DNA of 63,306 bases, filler included, from Octopus bimaculoides (Eukaryota): assembly GCF_001194135.2 (NCBI RefSeq). It is 4 parts of 4 records of this genome, joined end to end, with 100 filler letters (N's around TTAATTAATTAA, not from the genome) between each part and the next. Parts side by side here need not be neighbours in the genome. Positions count along the whole stretch, not along the records: positions 17,754 to 44,891 come from NC_068982.1; positions 44,992 to 61,177 come from NC_068983.1; 2 more parts are not named here. The stretch is one strand, 5' to 3'. The position numbers and the translations under genes are program-made. A model generated the notes under the pieces. The model had not been told where the DNA came from, ran no database searches, and worked only from the letters and a program-made list of their open reading frames with translations. Of the stretch, positions 39,131 to 52,415 are shown in pieces. Within the stretch, counting starts at the first letter, position 1. Every line of letters begins with the position of its first letter.

Positions 39131-39991
39131 GTATTTTAATTGATTTATCTATGTTTGAAATTTGAGAAAATGTAGCGGATATCTATGCATGGTGAGATAA
39201 TGATAACATGATACACATACCACATCCATAGATCACCTACACTCCGGAAATAAATATACAAACTCAATGTCCACTTAGACATGCAAAGCACTTAACTTGT
39301 TATCAAACAAACCTGGATCTTCGCATTAAATTCTACATGGGAAATTATCTGTATGCAACATATATACAACACCCCAAATCATTATTCCAAAGGTGTACTA
39401 AAAGCACTGTTTTCACCCTTCAGTTTGAGTAAACATACAATATACATGCACACAGAAATACTTTCACCCCTAAAAGGAAGTGTACTCGGTTGCACACAAC
39501 CAATACGTGCAAAGAAACAACTATTACATTCTGATAAAACCCTCCTTTCACCCTTCTCATAGTGGCCACCAATAAAGAGTGCATTCAAACAAACTGAAAA
39601 GTGGGACATACACATGTTCAGACTATCACACTGGACAGTATTCATTACTGCATGTCAGAATATGCAGTAAGGACCTCATCTAATCGAATGTAAGGTATCA
39701 CTGGAGCAATAGATCTGTGGGCCACGCCTAATCTTTCGGTTCAGTTCTTGCTTGCCATATGGCTGCTAGATCAGAGCTAAACTGGGACTATAACCAACAA
39801 CAAAACAGGTACAACATCGAAAACGACAACAGAAGCAATAACAACGACAGAAAATAACAGCAACAAAGTAACACAAATTTAAATCCCAGAACAAGATCTA
39901 ACATAAAAATGAATAGATTGTGGAAGAGAATGAAAATCTAATGAGAGAAGTGAGAGTATCAAAATGTAGTGGTGATTTGTGGGGGTGGTGC

Positions 39992-40048
<57 letters not shown>

Positions 40049-43000
40049 AGGACACGCAGGAGAACAAAACGAGAAATGTAGAAAAGAATTATCAAAAATA
40101 CGAAGAATTAGCAGCTTCTTGTCAATAAATCTAAAAAACAAAATGTTAGTGATTAACACTGTTCACATGGATTTATTTTTTATCTTCTCACATTCCGATA
40201 ATCTTCCAACCAAACAGCTAATTCTGAAACCTAAGCTAGCCAACTTTCGAATCTAGTCATGCTTTCAGAATGCTATAAGTATTTAATAGCTTGGTATTTA
40301 AAATGAAAAACTGACGAAAATAGCTTTCAATATTTTCCTTTTTAATTAGCATTCCGTGCAACTTAAAATTTCTCTCAATTCCAATGAATTTAAATGAAAA
40401 GGTTTGTTCAATTGCAAATTTGTTCTCCATTTTCACTGGTAATCGTGCCGTTCTGAGTATTATTTTATTGTTGTTTTTCAACGGGAATTTTTTTTTATTT
40501 AGCATTTTTGTCGTTTTCTCTTGAACTTTATGTTACCCACTTTTGCAGTTCTGTAATTTGAATTTTTCACATTGAACAGAAATGTTTTAAGTGGGAAGTA
40601 TATTTTTTTCCGATTTCACAAATAATAAGTGGCAACGCTTTTTTCTGTAAGAGTCCTACTCTATCAGTGGTAGGCTATTATTTTCTATTGCATCCTAACG
40701 GCTTCCAGCGAAACAGATGCTTCATCTTTCAATAATGACACAAAAACTCAAGAAAACATTGTCAGCTTAACAGCAGAAATCTTATAGCTCTAATTTTGGA
40801 TGCAAATGTATGCTTGTGACTGTAAATACGTATTTACATGTGTATGCATATTTCTATAGCCACAGTGGCATAATAACACGAAAGCAGCAAATCTAGCAAA
40901 AGCTAACACATCACTTGAACGTTTGTTGAAGGAAAATGTAAAACAATAGCTATAATAACAATAACAGTCTTAGTAAGAAGAAGAAAGAGAAGTGTATGTG
41001 AAGAATGGTTACATCAGTAGTGAACATATCAAGAAATGAAACAGGAATAAAGGAATATCTTCCTGGACACTCAAACTACAATAGATAATAGGAAAATTTA
41101 ACGCTAAAAAAACAGCCCTCTATTTTAGAAGACGAATGCATGACATTAAATCTTCCGAGATACAAAATGGCTGAAGTTAAGCTGGAATCGGCAATTTTTG
41201 ACTGCCTGTTCGAAGTTCCACTTGTTCATGGCTCACTTATAGGTAAACAAAATAAACAGTAACAACAAGGAGAAGTGTGCACTAGGCATTAGCGCGACTC
41301 TGAAGAAGGACACTATGATGTGCAAGAATACATTATCAACACGACCGACACCTCTGAACTGTGACAGCAAAGGAGCAATAATCAACACTAATCTACATGT
41401 TTCTCCCCAAATGTGAAAGCACTACATTTTTATACTGTGGTGTAATTTTTAGCAAGTTTTTAGCAAGTCTTGCTGGTTATGAAACCACAGCTGATGTATT
41501 TTCAAGAGAGAAGACTGCAAAACAAAAAGGACAAAGGACATTGTTAGGTTCATAATTTTTTGTATTATCAACCATTTTATAGATTTAATTCTTTTACTGT
41601 GTTTACTTTATATACTATTTCAGTATTCAATGTGTTTCAGTTAGTTCTATGTTCATACGTCGTCAGTTTTATTATGCAAATATGTGTGCAGAGGCCCAGA
41701 CAAAATTTTTAATTGAACTTTATTCTAAAAAACATCTTATAACGTTCATATCCATTAGACCACTGATGCATGTATAAATATTTAGACACGTAGTTAAGCA
41801 ATTAATTTACGACATTATAGTTGTAAATATATTTCTTTTACAAAAGATGCGATTCAGGCGTAGAAAATATGTTTCATACTGGTTTCTGTCGAAATATAAC
41901 TTTTTGATAGATGTGTATGTGTGTGTATACGTGTGTGTGTGTATGTGTGTGTATGTGTGTGCATGTGTGTGTGTGTGTGTGTTTGGTTTTCTGTGAAATT
42001 AAATGCAGAATATTTAGCTAATTTTTCAAGAGGAAACTCAACGTCGTGTGAAAATAATCTGCTGATATTTGAATACATTCATAAACGTCCACACATCTAC
42101 ATTGATTCAAAATTATTTTATTATATTAGACCTATTATGAAATTACAGCTCTTTAGTTACTTCAGGAAAGCGAAACTTGAATGCTACATACATATGCATA
42201 CATGCTTATGCATGCGTGCATATGAGCTTCGATAGATAAGTAGACAGACAGACAGACAGACAAGCAGATAGATAGATAAATAGATAGATAGATAGATTGA
42301 TAGATGTAGTTGTTTCCACTTTTCTCTCCACTTAGAATCATTTTGAATATGGGGTTCCTTTGAAATTCGTATGCAGACGTATGTAGTNNNNNNNNNNNNN
42401 NNNNNNNNNNNNNNNNNNNNNNNNNNNNNNNNNNNNNNNNNNNNNNNNNNNNNNNNNNNNNNNNNNNNNNNNNNNNNNNNNNNNNNNNNNNNNNNNNNNN
42501 NNNNNNNNNNNNNNNNNNNNNNNNNNNNNNNNNNNNNNNNNNNNNNNNNNNNNNNNNNNNNNNNNNNNNNNNNNNNNNNNNNNNNNNNNNNNNNNNNNNN
42601 NNNNNNNNNNNNNNNNNNNNNNNNNNNNNNNNNNNNNNNNNNNNNNNNNNNNNNNNNNNNNNNNNNNNNNNNNNNNNNNNNNNNNNNNNNNNNNNNNNNN
42701 NNNNNNNNNNNNNNNNNNNNNNNNNNNNNNNNNNNNNNNNNNNNNNNNNNNNNNNNNNNNNNNNNNNNNNNNNNNNNNNNNNNNNNNNNNNNNNNNNNNN
42801 NNNNNNNNNNNNNNNNNNNNNNNNNNNNNNNNNNNNNNNNNNNNNNNNNNNNNNNNNNNNNNNNNNNNNNNNNNNNNNNNNNNNNNNNNNATCAATTTAA
42901 ATAAGAGCTAAAAGACGATCCATTGTAAAAACTTTATTATGACCTATGATCATTTTGGTATAGATCTATAAATACAAATATATATAAGGAAAAATAAGAA

Positions 43001-43177
43001 AATGGAGAAAAAAAATTATAATTGAAATATAAATAAATTTAGGTTTATTCTCTTCCTTACCTATCATTTATGAGCATTAATACTAATACTCATAATCACA
43101 TATGGGTAATACACCAGTATGTTCGTTGGATATGAATATTCCTTAGATGTTTTTTTTAACCTCTAATTTAACCCACC

Positions 43178-43211
<34 letters not shown>

Positions 43212-43479
43212 AAACACGTTAGCACTTTCAGTTTCGCAGTGTTCGTTTTAATCGATGCCTGAAGGACCGAAGCATTTGTAATGATCAATAAACATTACCG
43301 TATCTTCCAACTTCTGTTTCTATCATTAATCATGTATATATGTATATATATATATAATTTCATAAACAGAATTATATGCATTTACCTTATATTGACTATA
43401 AAAAATAGTCTAATATAAGCCACTCAATCGGAAGAAATGGGCATTATTAGTAAGCGTACTAATATCGTTTTTTTTCTAG

Positions 43480-43531
43480 TTTGGTGGGTTATATACCCTG
43501 GTATCAGACTGTTTTCTATGACCAATATACG
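43480..43531 (+). CDS. Candidate exon, frame uncertain (LVGYIPWYQTVFYDQYT or WWVIYPGIRLFSMTNI)
   Basis: TTTTTTTCTAG acceptor, ACG|GTGAAT donor; two frames open. Confidence 0.3.
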
Positions 43532-43859
43532 GTGAATTCTATTTACAAAGTTTCACTCGTCGCCAAATCCTAGTCCACGCAGAATTCGCGTATGTTTATG
43601 TATTTTTTGTCTCTGAAATCATAGTTCGTAAATTTAAAGGAAAAAGGTTGTTTATATTGGTGTAAGCGATTAGTAAGTAACCAAAATAAGCGATGTAGTT
43701 TCGCTTTCTACACATATTGATGCGCATTTTATTACGTTAATGATTCCTTAACATGAAACCATTTCCTGGAGTCACTAAACGGTGACAGCTTATAATTCTC
43801 TTTCCAAAATTTTATTCACCGCTGTTTTCCTAATTGATGCAATATTCGCAGATGTTCCC

Positions 43860-43903
<44 letters not shown>

Positions 43904-44848
43904 TTTGTGTATATACACAAATTTGCATATGTCGATAGGCTTAATATAATACAAAATATCCACCTTCGAAACAGAATTGAAGAAATATTTATAAGTAAAT
44001 TGCCACAAAATCATGACACCATAAAATACAAAGGATGGAATTTTTAATTATTAATCAATTTTTTACATATTAAAACAACAAACATGTAGAGAGAAATATA
44101 CTGACTAACAAACTACACACATTCTCTTGAGAATGCACACGATAAACGTATTTCTACGCTAACAAGCCATAACGTGCTTGACTAATTTCCTCCACTTTTC
44201 AAATACAAACAGGAGATGCTGTAAATAACATTACCATATAAAGAAATTTACTGACCAGCTAAAACATGCATATATTATTTTGAGAACCCTTAAAATTTCC
44301 TCTATAACAAAGCTGACACACTCAGTTACTAAGTTTTTAAATGCTGGAGTAATCTTTGAACTTCGAACTTTACGTTGCCAAAGCAAAGGATTAAACCCAT
44401 AAATCCAATGAAGTAAAAGGTAGTTAAAACTTATGACACATCCGCTGACAAAATCTATCCTCTATCTTCCTAATTCTTTTTTTTTTCTGAAACATTATAT
44501 ACATCAGACACGCCTGAATAGGCACAGCTGCTCACAAAGTTCTACGCACATGAAAACATTATGAACAATAACGTGGTCTAAATTTTATCAATAAGATTTC
44601 TCCACAAAAGCTGACCCTAAAACCCACCCTACAATCTAATTACCATTCACCTGAACCTAACAAACCCCAGAAGAATCTTAATAGGGATTAACTTAATGCT
44701 TCACACTTCAATGATGGCTTAGCTGGCTGAAACTTCGAAGGCACTGTCAATGCTGTTCATGTTAGAGAACAATAAATTGTTATCTACAAGTGTATACAGT
44801 AACCATTCATATTAGTATATTTTTCATAAATGAGCATAAAAGCAAACA

Positions 44849-44891
<43 letters not shown>

Positions 44892-44991
44892 NNNNNNNNN
44901 NNNNNNNNNNNNNNNNNNNNNNNNNNNNNNNNNNNTTAATTAATTAANNNNNNNNNNNNNNNNNNNNNNNNNNNNNNNNNNNNNNNNNNNN

Positions 44992-45398
44992 GTCGTTATA
45001 TTGACGACTGTATCGGTGCGACCTCACTCTCCCGCGAACAACTTGACTCCTTCCTCTCTTTTGTCAAATCTTTCCATCCTGCCCCCCCCACTTCTCCTGC
45101 ACTATTTCCGACACTTCCGTCGCCTTTCTCGACATTTCAGTCAGCATTAATCACTTCACTCTCACTACCTCCATCTACTACAAACACACAGACTCCCACC
45201 CATACCTCAACTTATCCTCCTCCCACCCTAAACACACCAAGCTCTGCATCCCCTATTCCCAATTCCTCCATCTGCGCAGGCTCTGCAGTGACAACCATGA
45301 CTTTGAGACTCAGTCTCAACTCATGGTTCACCACTTCATCCTACGTAGATATCCTCTCACCACTATCCACACCGCCATTGCCAGAGCACACACAAAAG
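44992..45398 (+). mobile_element. Penelope-like reverse transcriptase fragment
   Basis: RYIDDCIGATSLSREQLDSFLSFVKSFHP..ISDTSVAFLDISV..TSIYYKHTDSH.YL..SSSHPKHTKLCIPYSQFLHLRRLCSD. Confidence 0.85.
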
Positions 45399-45857
45399 TG
45401 TGAAACAATATTATAGTCTTATCACATTAGAATTAAAAGTGAAAGAATGAAAGTGAAATAATATTATATCACAGAAGGAAGTCAATTTTTAGACAGAAAT
45501 TACAAACTCTATTTTAGAGTATAAAGCTGTAGAAGAAAGTAGCTTGAGTGAAAAAACTTGAGCCACTTTAGGATATCTTATTCTAACGCATGAACTCTCA
45601 TGGCGTGCTTGAATTCCCATTGGTTAGTAATGAATGCTTATCGGCTGTATCACAACGGTTTTCGATAGAGGGAGAAATGTAAATAGTGTTCATAAATAGA
45701 CTGAGTGCAAAAAATTAAAAATAAGTAAAGTAATGTTGTAGGGAGAACGTACAAATAGCGTGAAGACAAAGATACTTACGCACGGCAAAACTGAAATGCA
45801 CTGAAGTTAATTTTCAGAGAGACAGGGAGAGAGAAAGAGAAAGAAAGAAAGAAAGAA

Positions 45858-45901
<44 letters not shown>

Positions 45902-46300
45902 AGAGAGAGTGAGCGAAAGAAACAGACATAGACTTAAAGAGAGGAAGTATTGCAGAAGGTGAAAATGAGAAAAAGAAAGAGAGAAAAAGGGAAAAAATCG
46001 CTTGAAAACTGTAGACGTTAAAGGGAGAAAATCGGTTGAAAATGCAGTTTTTAGAGAAAAAGCCATGTGAAACACCTTTTTCCCTAGTCGGTTTCTCGCA
46101 TTACGTGGGAGCTCTGGGCAAAGGTCTTATAGTGCATGATCATCCTTGGCACATAAGTAATGTGTGTCTAAAGTTTGGTAAAAATCGGTTGAAAATTGTA
46201 GAAATGCATACGTACTACACACACAGACACAGTCACACAGAAACATACACGTACACAAACACACACGCACACCCATCCTTTGTTTTATATATATAGATTA

Positions 46301-46690
46301 AGTTCATATTTCTGAGCATAATCTCTTCAGGGGGAAAAATAAACACTTAGATGTTTTGCATGCTTGTTTGTAACAAACATACAAAACATTTAAGGGTATA
46401 TTTTTCCCCTCTGAAGAGATTATGCTCAGAAATATGAACTCAATATTTAATTAATTTCACTGTGTATAATTGAAACAGCTGTAAGGGATAATGATCGATT
46501 TGTTGCTGATAATAAATGTTTATTAACTTGAAAATCACCATTTTCTTCTTCCTTTACATGAATATAAATTACAGCTTATATACACACCTATTATTTTTAG
46601 GATATCAATTCCCCCTAAAATATTAGGTAATTAACCAGTATTTCCTTGGATGACACCATCTCTTCATGAGAGTAACATAACCTCTAACTG
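46301..46690 (+). mobile_element. HHR-bearing fold-back element, same family as 3434-3929 and 17443-17590
   Basis: 140-bp hairpin 46301-46440; tail 46490-46690 is the reverse-complement homologue of 3434-3630. Confidence 0.75.
46407..46487 (+). ncRNA. Type I hammerhead ribozyme, apparently intact
   Basis: Helix I CCCT/AGGG; CTGAAGA 46411-17; helix II GATTATGC/GTATAATT; GAAA 46472-75; perfect palindrome ACAGCTGT; GTA site, cleavage predicted after A46483. Confidence 0.75.
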
Positions 46691-46750
46691 AATTCTCTCT
46701 CTCTCCTTCTCTCTCTTTCTCCTTCTCTCTCTCTCCTTCTCTCTCTCTCT

Positions 46751-46835
<85 letters not shown>

Positions 46836-47022
46836 NNNNNNNNNNNNNNNNNNNNNNNNNNNNNNNNNNNNNNNNNNNNNNNNNNNNNNNNNNNNNNNNN
46901 NNNNNNNNNNNNNNNNNNNNNNNNNNNNNNNNNNNNNNNNNNNNNNNNNNNNNNNNNNNNNNNNNNNNNNNNNNNNNNNNNNNNNNNNNNNNNNNNNNNN
47001 NNNNNNNNNNNNNNNNNNNNNN

Positions 47023-47089
<67 letters not shown>

Positions 47090-47887
47090 CGAAGTGTGTG
47101 TGTATACACAAACGCTCATTTTTATGCATGTATTTCTACTTTTATCTGTCATACATACATACCTACTCATGTAATACGCACATATGTATACATACTAAGT
47201 ATCAGCGATTCTCCTCATTTTATATTGTCAGGTTAAATCAATGTTTTTACTCCCACACAGTACTTATAATTTTACAAATTTTTGTTTCATACTAACGTGT
47301 TTATATTTAAACCTACCTGCAATGATACCGAAAATATTATAATAGCATTTTCTAGCAAATAACATATTAATACCATTTCATGATCATCGGCACATTCAAA
47401 CTATAATAATCATTACATAATACAGGTAAACAATAATACTAACATGTCATTAAAATTAATCACCTTATATTAAGTACAGTTTTGAGTTAATAAATATAGT
47501 AATTTCACTTTGAACATCTTACTGGGCGGACCAAGAGTCACGCACAAAATAAGTTCAATACACACTGGAATTGTCAAAGACATACTTCGATTTTTCTAAA
47601 ATTGAATAAAATAAGATAATGATGAGTACACACGTACCTGTACATGATGAACAAAATGAATAATAATACTAACATAACGAGCAAAATAGCTAGTTCTAAA
47701 ATCTCTAAACGAGATATAAATGGTAACACTACTAGACGGTAACATTTTTTGCCGCTATAACATGACTGTTCTATAAAGAACTATGTTACTACATTTTAAC
47801 TACAAGAAACGTATTTTCCAGCTGGTTAACAATACACAAACTGTGTCCAATATATTGTGAGTAAGGGAGCGAATCACTCCTCTAACA

Positions 47888-48103
47888 TAATCCTTTCTAC
47901 TATAGGCACAAGGCCTGAAATTGTTGGGGAGAGAACTAGTCGATTACATCGACTCTGTGTTTTACTGATACTTAATTTATCGACCTCGAAAGGATGAAAG
48001 GCAAAGTCAACTTCGGTGGAATTTGAACTCAGAACGTAACGGTGGATGAAATACCGCTAAGCATTTCGCCCGGTGTGCTAACGAGTCTGCCAGCTCGTCG
48101 CCT
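47888..48103 (-). mobile_element. tRNA-derived SINE with Meta-like central domain
   Basis: Head AGGCGACGAGCTGGCAGA..GAGTTCAAATTCC; centre GCCTTTCATCCTTTCGAGGTCGATAAATTAAG. A partial copy lies at about 19420-19545. Confidence 0.75.
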
Positions 48104-48204
48104 TTCATCACNNNNNNNNNNNNNNNNNNNNNNNNNNNNNNNNNNNNNNNNNNNNNNNNNNNNNNNNNNNNNNNNNNNCCCCCCCCCCTAACATAACATA
48201 AATA

Positions 48205-49461
48205 TCAAGCTGAGTAAAAAGTAAGCGACGTTTTGAAACATGAAATTCATCACAATATATTTCAACAATGCGGAAATTTTATTCATCAAACTAAGTACCA
48301 TTACAATCAACCCATTTTTGCCAACGAGCTACAAGTTTGTTTATTCCGGTAACCTAAAAATCTGGAGTTCTGGAGCTGATGAACTCTTTGAACGCACTTT
48401 CAGCATCAGTTTGATTTTTGAACTCCTTCTCACGTGGGAAACGACTAAGGTCCTTAAAAAAGTGGTGGACGGTAGGAGAAAGGTCTGGGGAATAAGCTGG
48501 GTGGGGAAGAACTCCGTGGCCAAGTTCCTTCAACTTCTGGAGCGTCATTAGTGAAACGTGTGGTCGAGCATTGTCATGAAGAATGATTGATCCACTTATG
48601 TTGACCAGTCTGGGATGGAGGAGTAGCAGCTTTTCGTTCATTTTGGCAATTTCATGGCAATATGTTTCTGCCGTAATGGTTTTTCCGGGTTTTAAGAGGT
48701 TATAGTGGATGAATCCAGCAGTACACCTCCAAACAGCCACCATAACCTTCTTTTTGAAGAGCTCGGGTTTAGGGAAGGTTTTTGGTGCTTCATTTTGATC
48801 CAACCACTGCGAAAAACGTTTTTTATTATTGTACAGAATCCACTTTTCATCGCAAGTTACAACACGGTCGAGAAATGGATCAGCTTGGTTACAGAGAAGA
48901 AGCGACGAACAACTTTCATATGTGCGCATTTTCTGATTTTCATTCAAATCATGTGGTACCCTTTTGTCGAGCTTTTTTGATTTTCCGCTTGCATGCAAAT
49001 GGTTGCAGGCTGTTTTCTGGCCAACTTAAAGTTCTTTTGCCAGTTCTCGAGTGGTTATCGATGACAGATGGGCGTCCACTACGCTCACGATCTTCAAGGC
49101 TCAGGTCTCCGCTGCAAAATCGTTTAAACTATTTTCGAGCTGACTACTCACTGGTCATTTCCTCACCAAACGTTTCGTTGATATCGCGGGCAGTCTCAGC
49201 TGCTTTACGTCCTTTTCTTAAGTTGAATAGCAAAATTGCTCGAATATCGCGCTTTGACAGTTCCATTTCAGATGATTGTAACAACGGCGAAAAAAATATC
49301 AATATTAATTTATTGATGCATTTGGGTAAGATTATGTCTGTATTATCAGACAATAATAAAAAAAAAGGTTTAAAAAATGCTTAGAAAAAATTAAAACTCT
49401 ACAAAAACCTGGTACCAATTCTTCATGGTTCAAAACGATGCTTACTTTTTACTCAACCTGA
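48205..49461 (-). mobile_element. Full-span mariner (DD34D), inactive transposase
   Basis: About 33-bp TIRs flanked by TA (48203-04, 49462-63). ATG at 49266; motifs KLDKRVPHDL, VTCDEKW, LHDNARPH, YSPDLSPTVHHFF (third Asp changed to Val); stops and an internal deletion. Confidence 0.92.
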
Positions 49462-49694
49462 TAAAATGTCAAATGGTTTGGTGCGTGACTTTCAGCTCAC
49501 CCACTATATTTTTCCTAAATTCCAGTTTATGGTTGCATGTGAGGATTATCTTTGAGTGTTAGTTTATTATTTTCATCCTTACATAATATTATTTCAAGTG
49601 TTTCCTGTAGGTAAATGTTACATACTTTGGAGTCTGTGTTATAAGGTTTTGCATTTCGTAGTACCGACCAAGTGGTGCTGTGATATATGTATGA

Positions 49695-50025
49695 CACTGG
49701 CACCCCGTCGGTTACGATGACAAGATTTCCAGTCGATCATCCGACCAACGGAACAACCTACTCGTGAAATCAGCGTGCAAGTGGCTGAGCACTCCGCAGA
49801 CACTTGTACCCTTAAAGTAGTTCTCAGGGAGATTCAGCATGACACAGAGTGTGACAAGACTGGCCCTTTGAAATACAGGTACTTTTCATTTTTGTCAACT
49901 AAATGAACTGGAGCAACGTGAAATAAAATGTCTTGCTCGAGAACACAACACGTTGCTAGGAATCGAACTCATGACCTTGCGATCGTGAGGCGAATAGCCT
50001 AACCACTAAGGCACATGCCTTCACA
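49695..50025 (-). mobile_element. tRNA-derived SINE (family B variant)
   Basis: Shares the family B tail and a tRNA-like head (GGAATCGAACTC...CTAACCACTAAG). Confidence 0.75.
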
Positions 50026-50294
50026 ATAGTTGGGTCGAGAACAGCATATCCGTGTATCAACAATATATATGGACATTTATTTGCATACCAATGTATATAC
50101 AGACTTGTGCTATCACTTACATATACATACACATAGACAGATCAATATACTCATCGGAATAAGTACACATGTATATGTAAAATCACACACAGGTATACTC
50201 CAGTATGCAGTCCGCGGTCCACTGAAGTTCTCGATCCAATATAGGGAATATTTCGAGTGTAGTGTAGTATAAATAGTAACACGAATCGGCTGAG

Positions 50295-50381
50295 ATTCAC
50301 TACAGCTGTTTCAGACCGCTTTTTATTGGTGAACAAATTAATTACATTAGGAAAAAAATAACCCGTTTTCTTCAGGTGAAT
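50295..50381 (-). ncRNA. Type I hammerhead motif with eroded helix II
   Basis: Minus strand: ATTCAC CTGAAGA ...GGTCT GAAA CAGCTG TA GTGAAT; helix I 6 bp, palindrome ACAGCTGT. Confidence 0.6.
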
Positions 50382-50406
50382 TCAAATTTAAATCTAAAAT
50401 TTAACA

Positions 50407-50544
50407 TTATTTACATTATTTACATTTGATGGATATTTGTCCTCATCTTGTTTGTTGTTAACAACAAACAAGCTGAGGACAAATATCCGTCAAATGTAAA
50501 TAATGTAAATAAGTCCTCATCTTTTAAATATAGAACTGTATGAA
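50407..50544. repeat. 106-bp palindrome (50407-50512) inside an insertion with a 15-bp target-site duplication
   Basis: Centre TT|AA at 50459/50460; CTAAAATTTAACATT at 50394-50408 and 50545-50559. Confidence 0.85.
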
Positions 50545-50563
50545 CTAAAATTTAACATTTCAG

Positions 50564-50667
50564 ATTTTGCATATAGAGAATGTAGAATGTATTTTGACTC
50601 CCTTCATCTCCATGACGACCAAGATCTTGATCGTTACGGAGATAAACCCTCCGACTGGATTCAATAA
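50564..50667 (+). CDS. Candidate terminal exon (D)FAYRECRMYFDSLHLHDDQDLDRYGDKPSDWIQ*
   Basis: TTTCAG acceptor and protein-like frame to TAA; no partner exon identified. Confidence 0.25.
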
Positions 50668-51168
50668 AAAATTAATAACGAAACAATCCCACAAAAACAA
50701 ACAAACCAAAACAAAAACAATAAACAAAATTACGTTTATTATCCTCAGTTTAGAATTAAAGATTCTTAATTTTAATTCTGTCTGGTAGACAGAACGCACA
50801 AGACATTTGATTACTGGAAATCAAACTGATTGAAATTTAGCAATAACATATCAGTCTAATCTCAATTCGAATGTGAATATCTGATCGCTATTGTTTTTCA
50901 CCATCGGAGAACATCTCTTCTCTTTAGACGATGTCTATTCATAACATAAGCGGTTTACCGGTGCAAGAAATGAACAAACAAATTATTTGTTGATGTGTGC
51001 TGATATCTGCCTGCCAAATAGATAATTTATGAGGTCCACACAGAACAGTGAGAATCTAAACAAGATCTGTGATAGTGTTAAATTCATCGGTCCAACGGGG
51101 AACATTTGACTGAGGAGTCACACAATAAGGTCGAAACACTACGGTATCTCAAAGTCCCCTTATACGGT

Positions 51169-52415
51169 TGTAGTGAAACTAACACCTCGATCGCCATTAC
51201 ATACAAAACTACCTATCGCCATTAGATACAAAACTGCTATCGCCATTCTTCTCATTTAAATATAAACAAACGCGGGCGTAGCGGAAAACATCAACCTTGT
51301 CATCACGTGACTGATTATTATTCGAAGCGGCAACTTCTTCGAACCGTTCCCGCCAGAACGCAAACTGACCAATCACAGCCCCTAATAAGGTCACGTGACA
51401 GAGTATTTTTCTGAAGCATTCGGGAGCCGATAATTCTCTATAAATAGATCAACTCATACCCAGCAAATTGGTCTCGGTTCNNNNNNNNNNNNNNNNNNNN
51501 NNNNNNNNNNNNNNNNNNNNNNNNNNNNNNNNNNNNNNNNNNNNNNNNNNNNNNNNNNNNNNNNNNNNNNNNNNNNNNNNNNNNNNNNNNNNNNNNNNNN
51601 NNNNNNNNNNNNNNNNNNNNNNNNNNNNNNNNNNNNNNNNNNNNNNNNNNNNNNNNNNNNNNNNNNNNNNNNNNNNNNNNNNNNNNNNNNNNNNNNNNNN
51701 NNNNNNNNNNNNNNNNNNNNNNNNNNNNNNNNNNNNNNNNNNNNNNNNNNNNNNNNNNNNNNNNNNNNNNNNNNNNNNNNNNNNNNNNNNNNNNNNNNNN
51801 NNNNNNNNNNNNNNNNNNNNNNNNNNNNNNNNNNNNNNNNNNNNNNNNNNNNNNNNNNNNNNNNNNNNNNNNNNNNNNNNNNNNNNNNNNNNNNNNNNNN
51901 NNNNNNNNNNNNNNNNNNNNNNNNNNNNNNNNNNNNNNNNNNNNNNNNNNNNNNNNNNNNNNNNNNNNNNNNNNNNNNNNNNNNNNNNNNNNNNNNNNNN
52001 NNNNNNNNNNNNNNNNNNNNNNNNNNNNNNNNNNNNNNNNNNNNNNNNNNNNNNNNNNNNNNNNNNNNNNNNNNNNNNNNNNNNNNNNNNNNNNNNNNNT
52101 GTATCACTCACATACATACATTTCTTTGTACGACGGCCTGTCTTTGATTATGTTCTTATATGTCGCATTCACACTCACACACAGACATACATCTTTAACG
52201 CCATAATAAATATTTCTGTTATTCATCTCATACGGTTGCCTTCTATCGTCTCTTCATTACTGGTATTTACGAATTCACTAATGTTATCGAAGTATAACAT
52301 TGTTTGTATATCATCATTGATATATTATTTTGTGTTCGACCGTGTGACACGTTTAAATAAAAGGAGTCCTCTGTTTTTTCCATTCGTCACCATTTCTCCT
52401 TTTTGAGTTCGAGCA
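51169..52415 (+). mobile_element. LTR-like element (solo LTR), gapped, 3' end uncertain
   Basis: Starts TGTAGTGAAAC as at 55910; CCAAT, CACGTG and TATA module; 3' segment homologous to 56880-56950. Confidence 0.65.

Noticed and set aside
43250-43285. CTGAAGG..GAAG as a hammerhead
   Set aside because: Two core changes and no convincing helix I or II.
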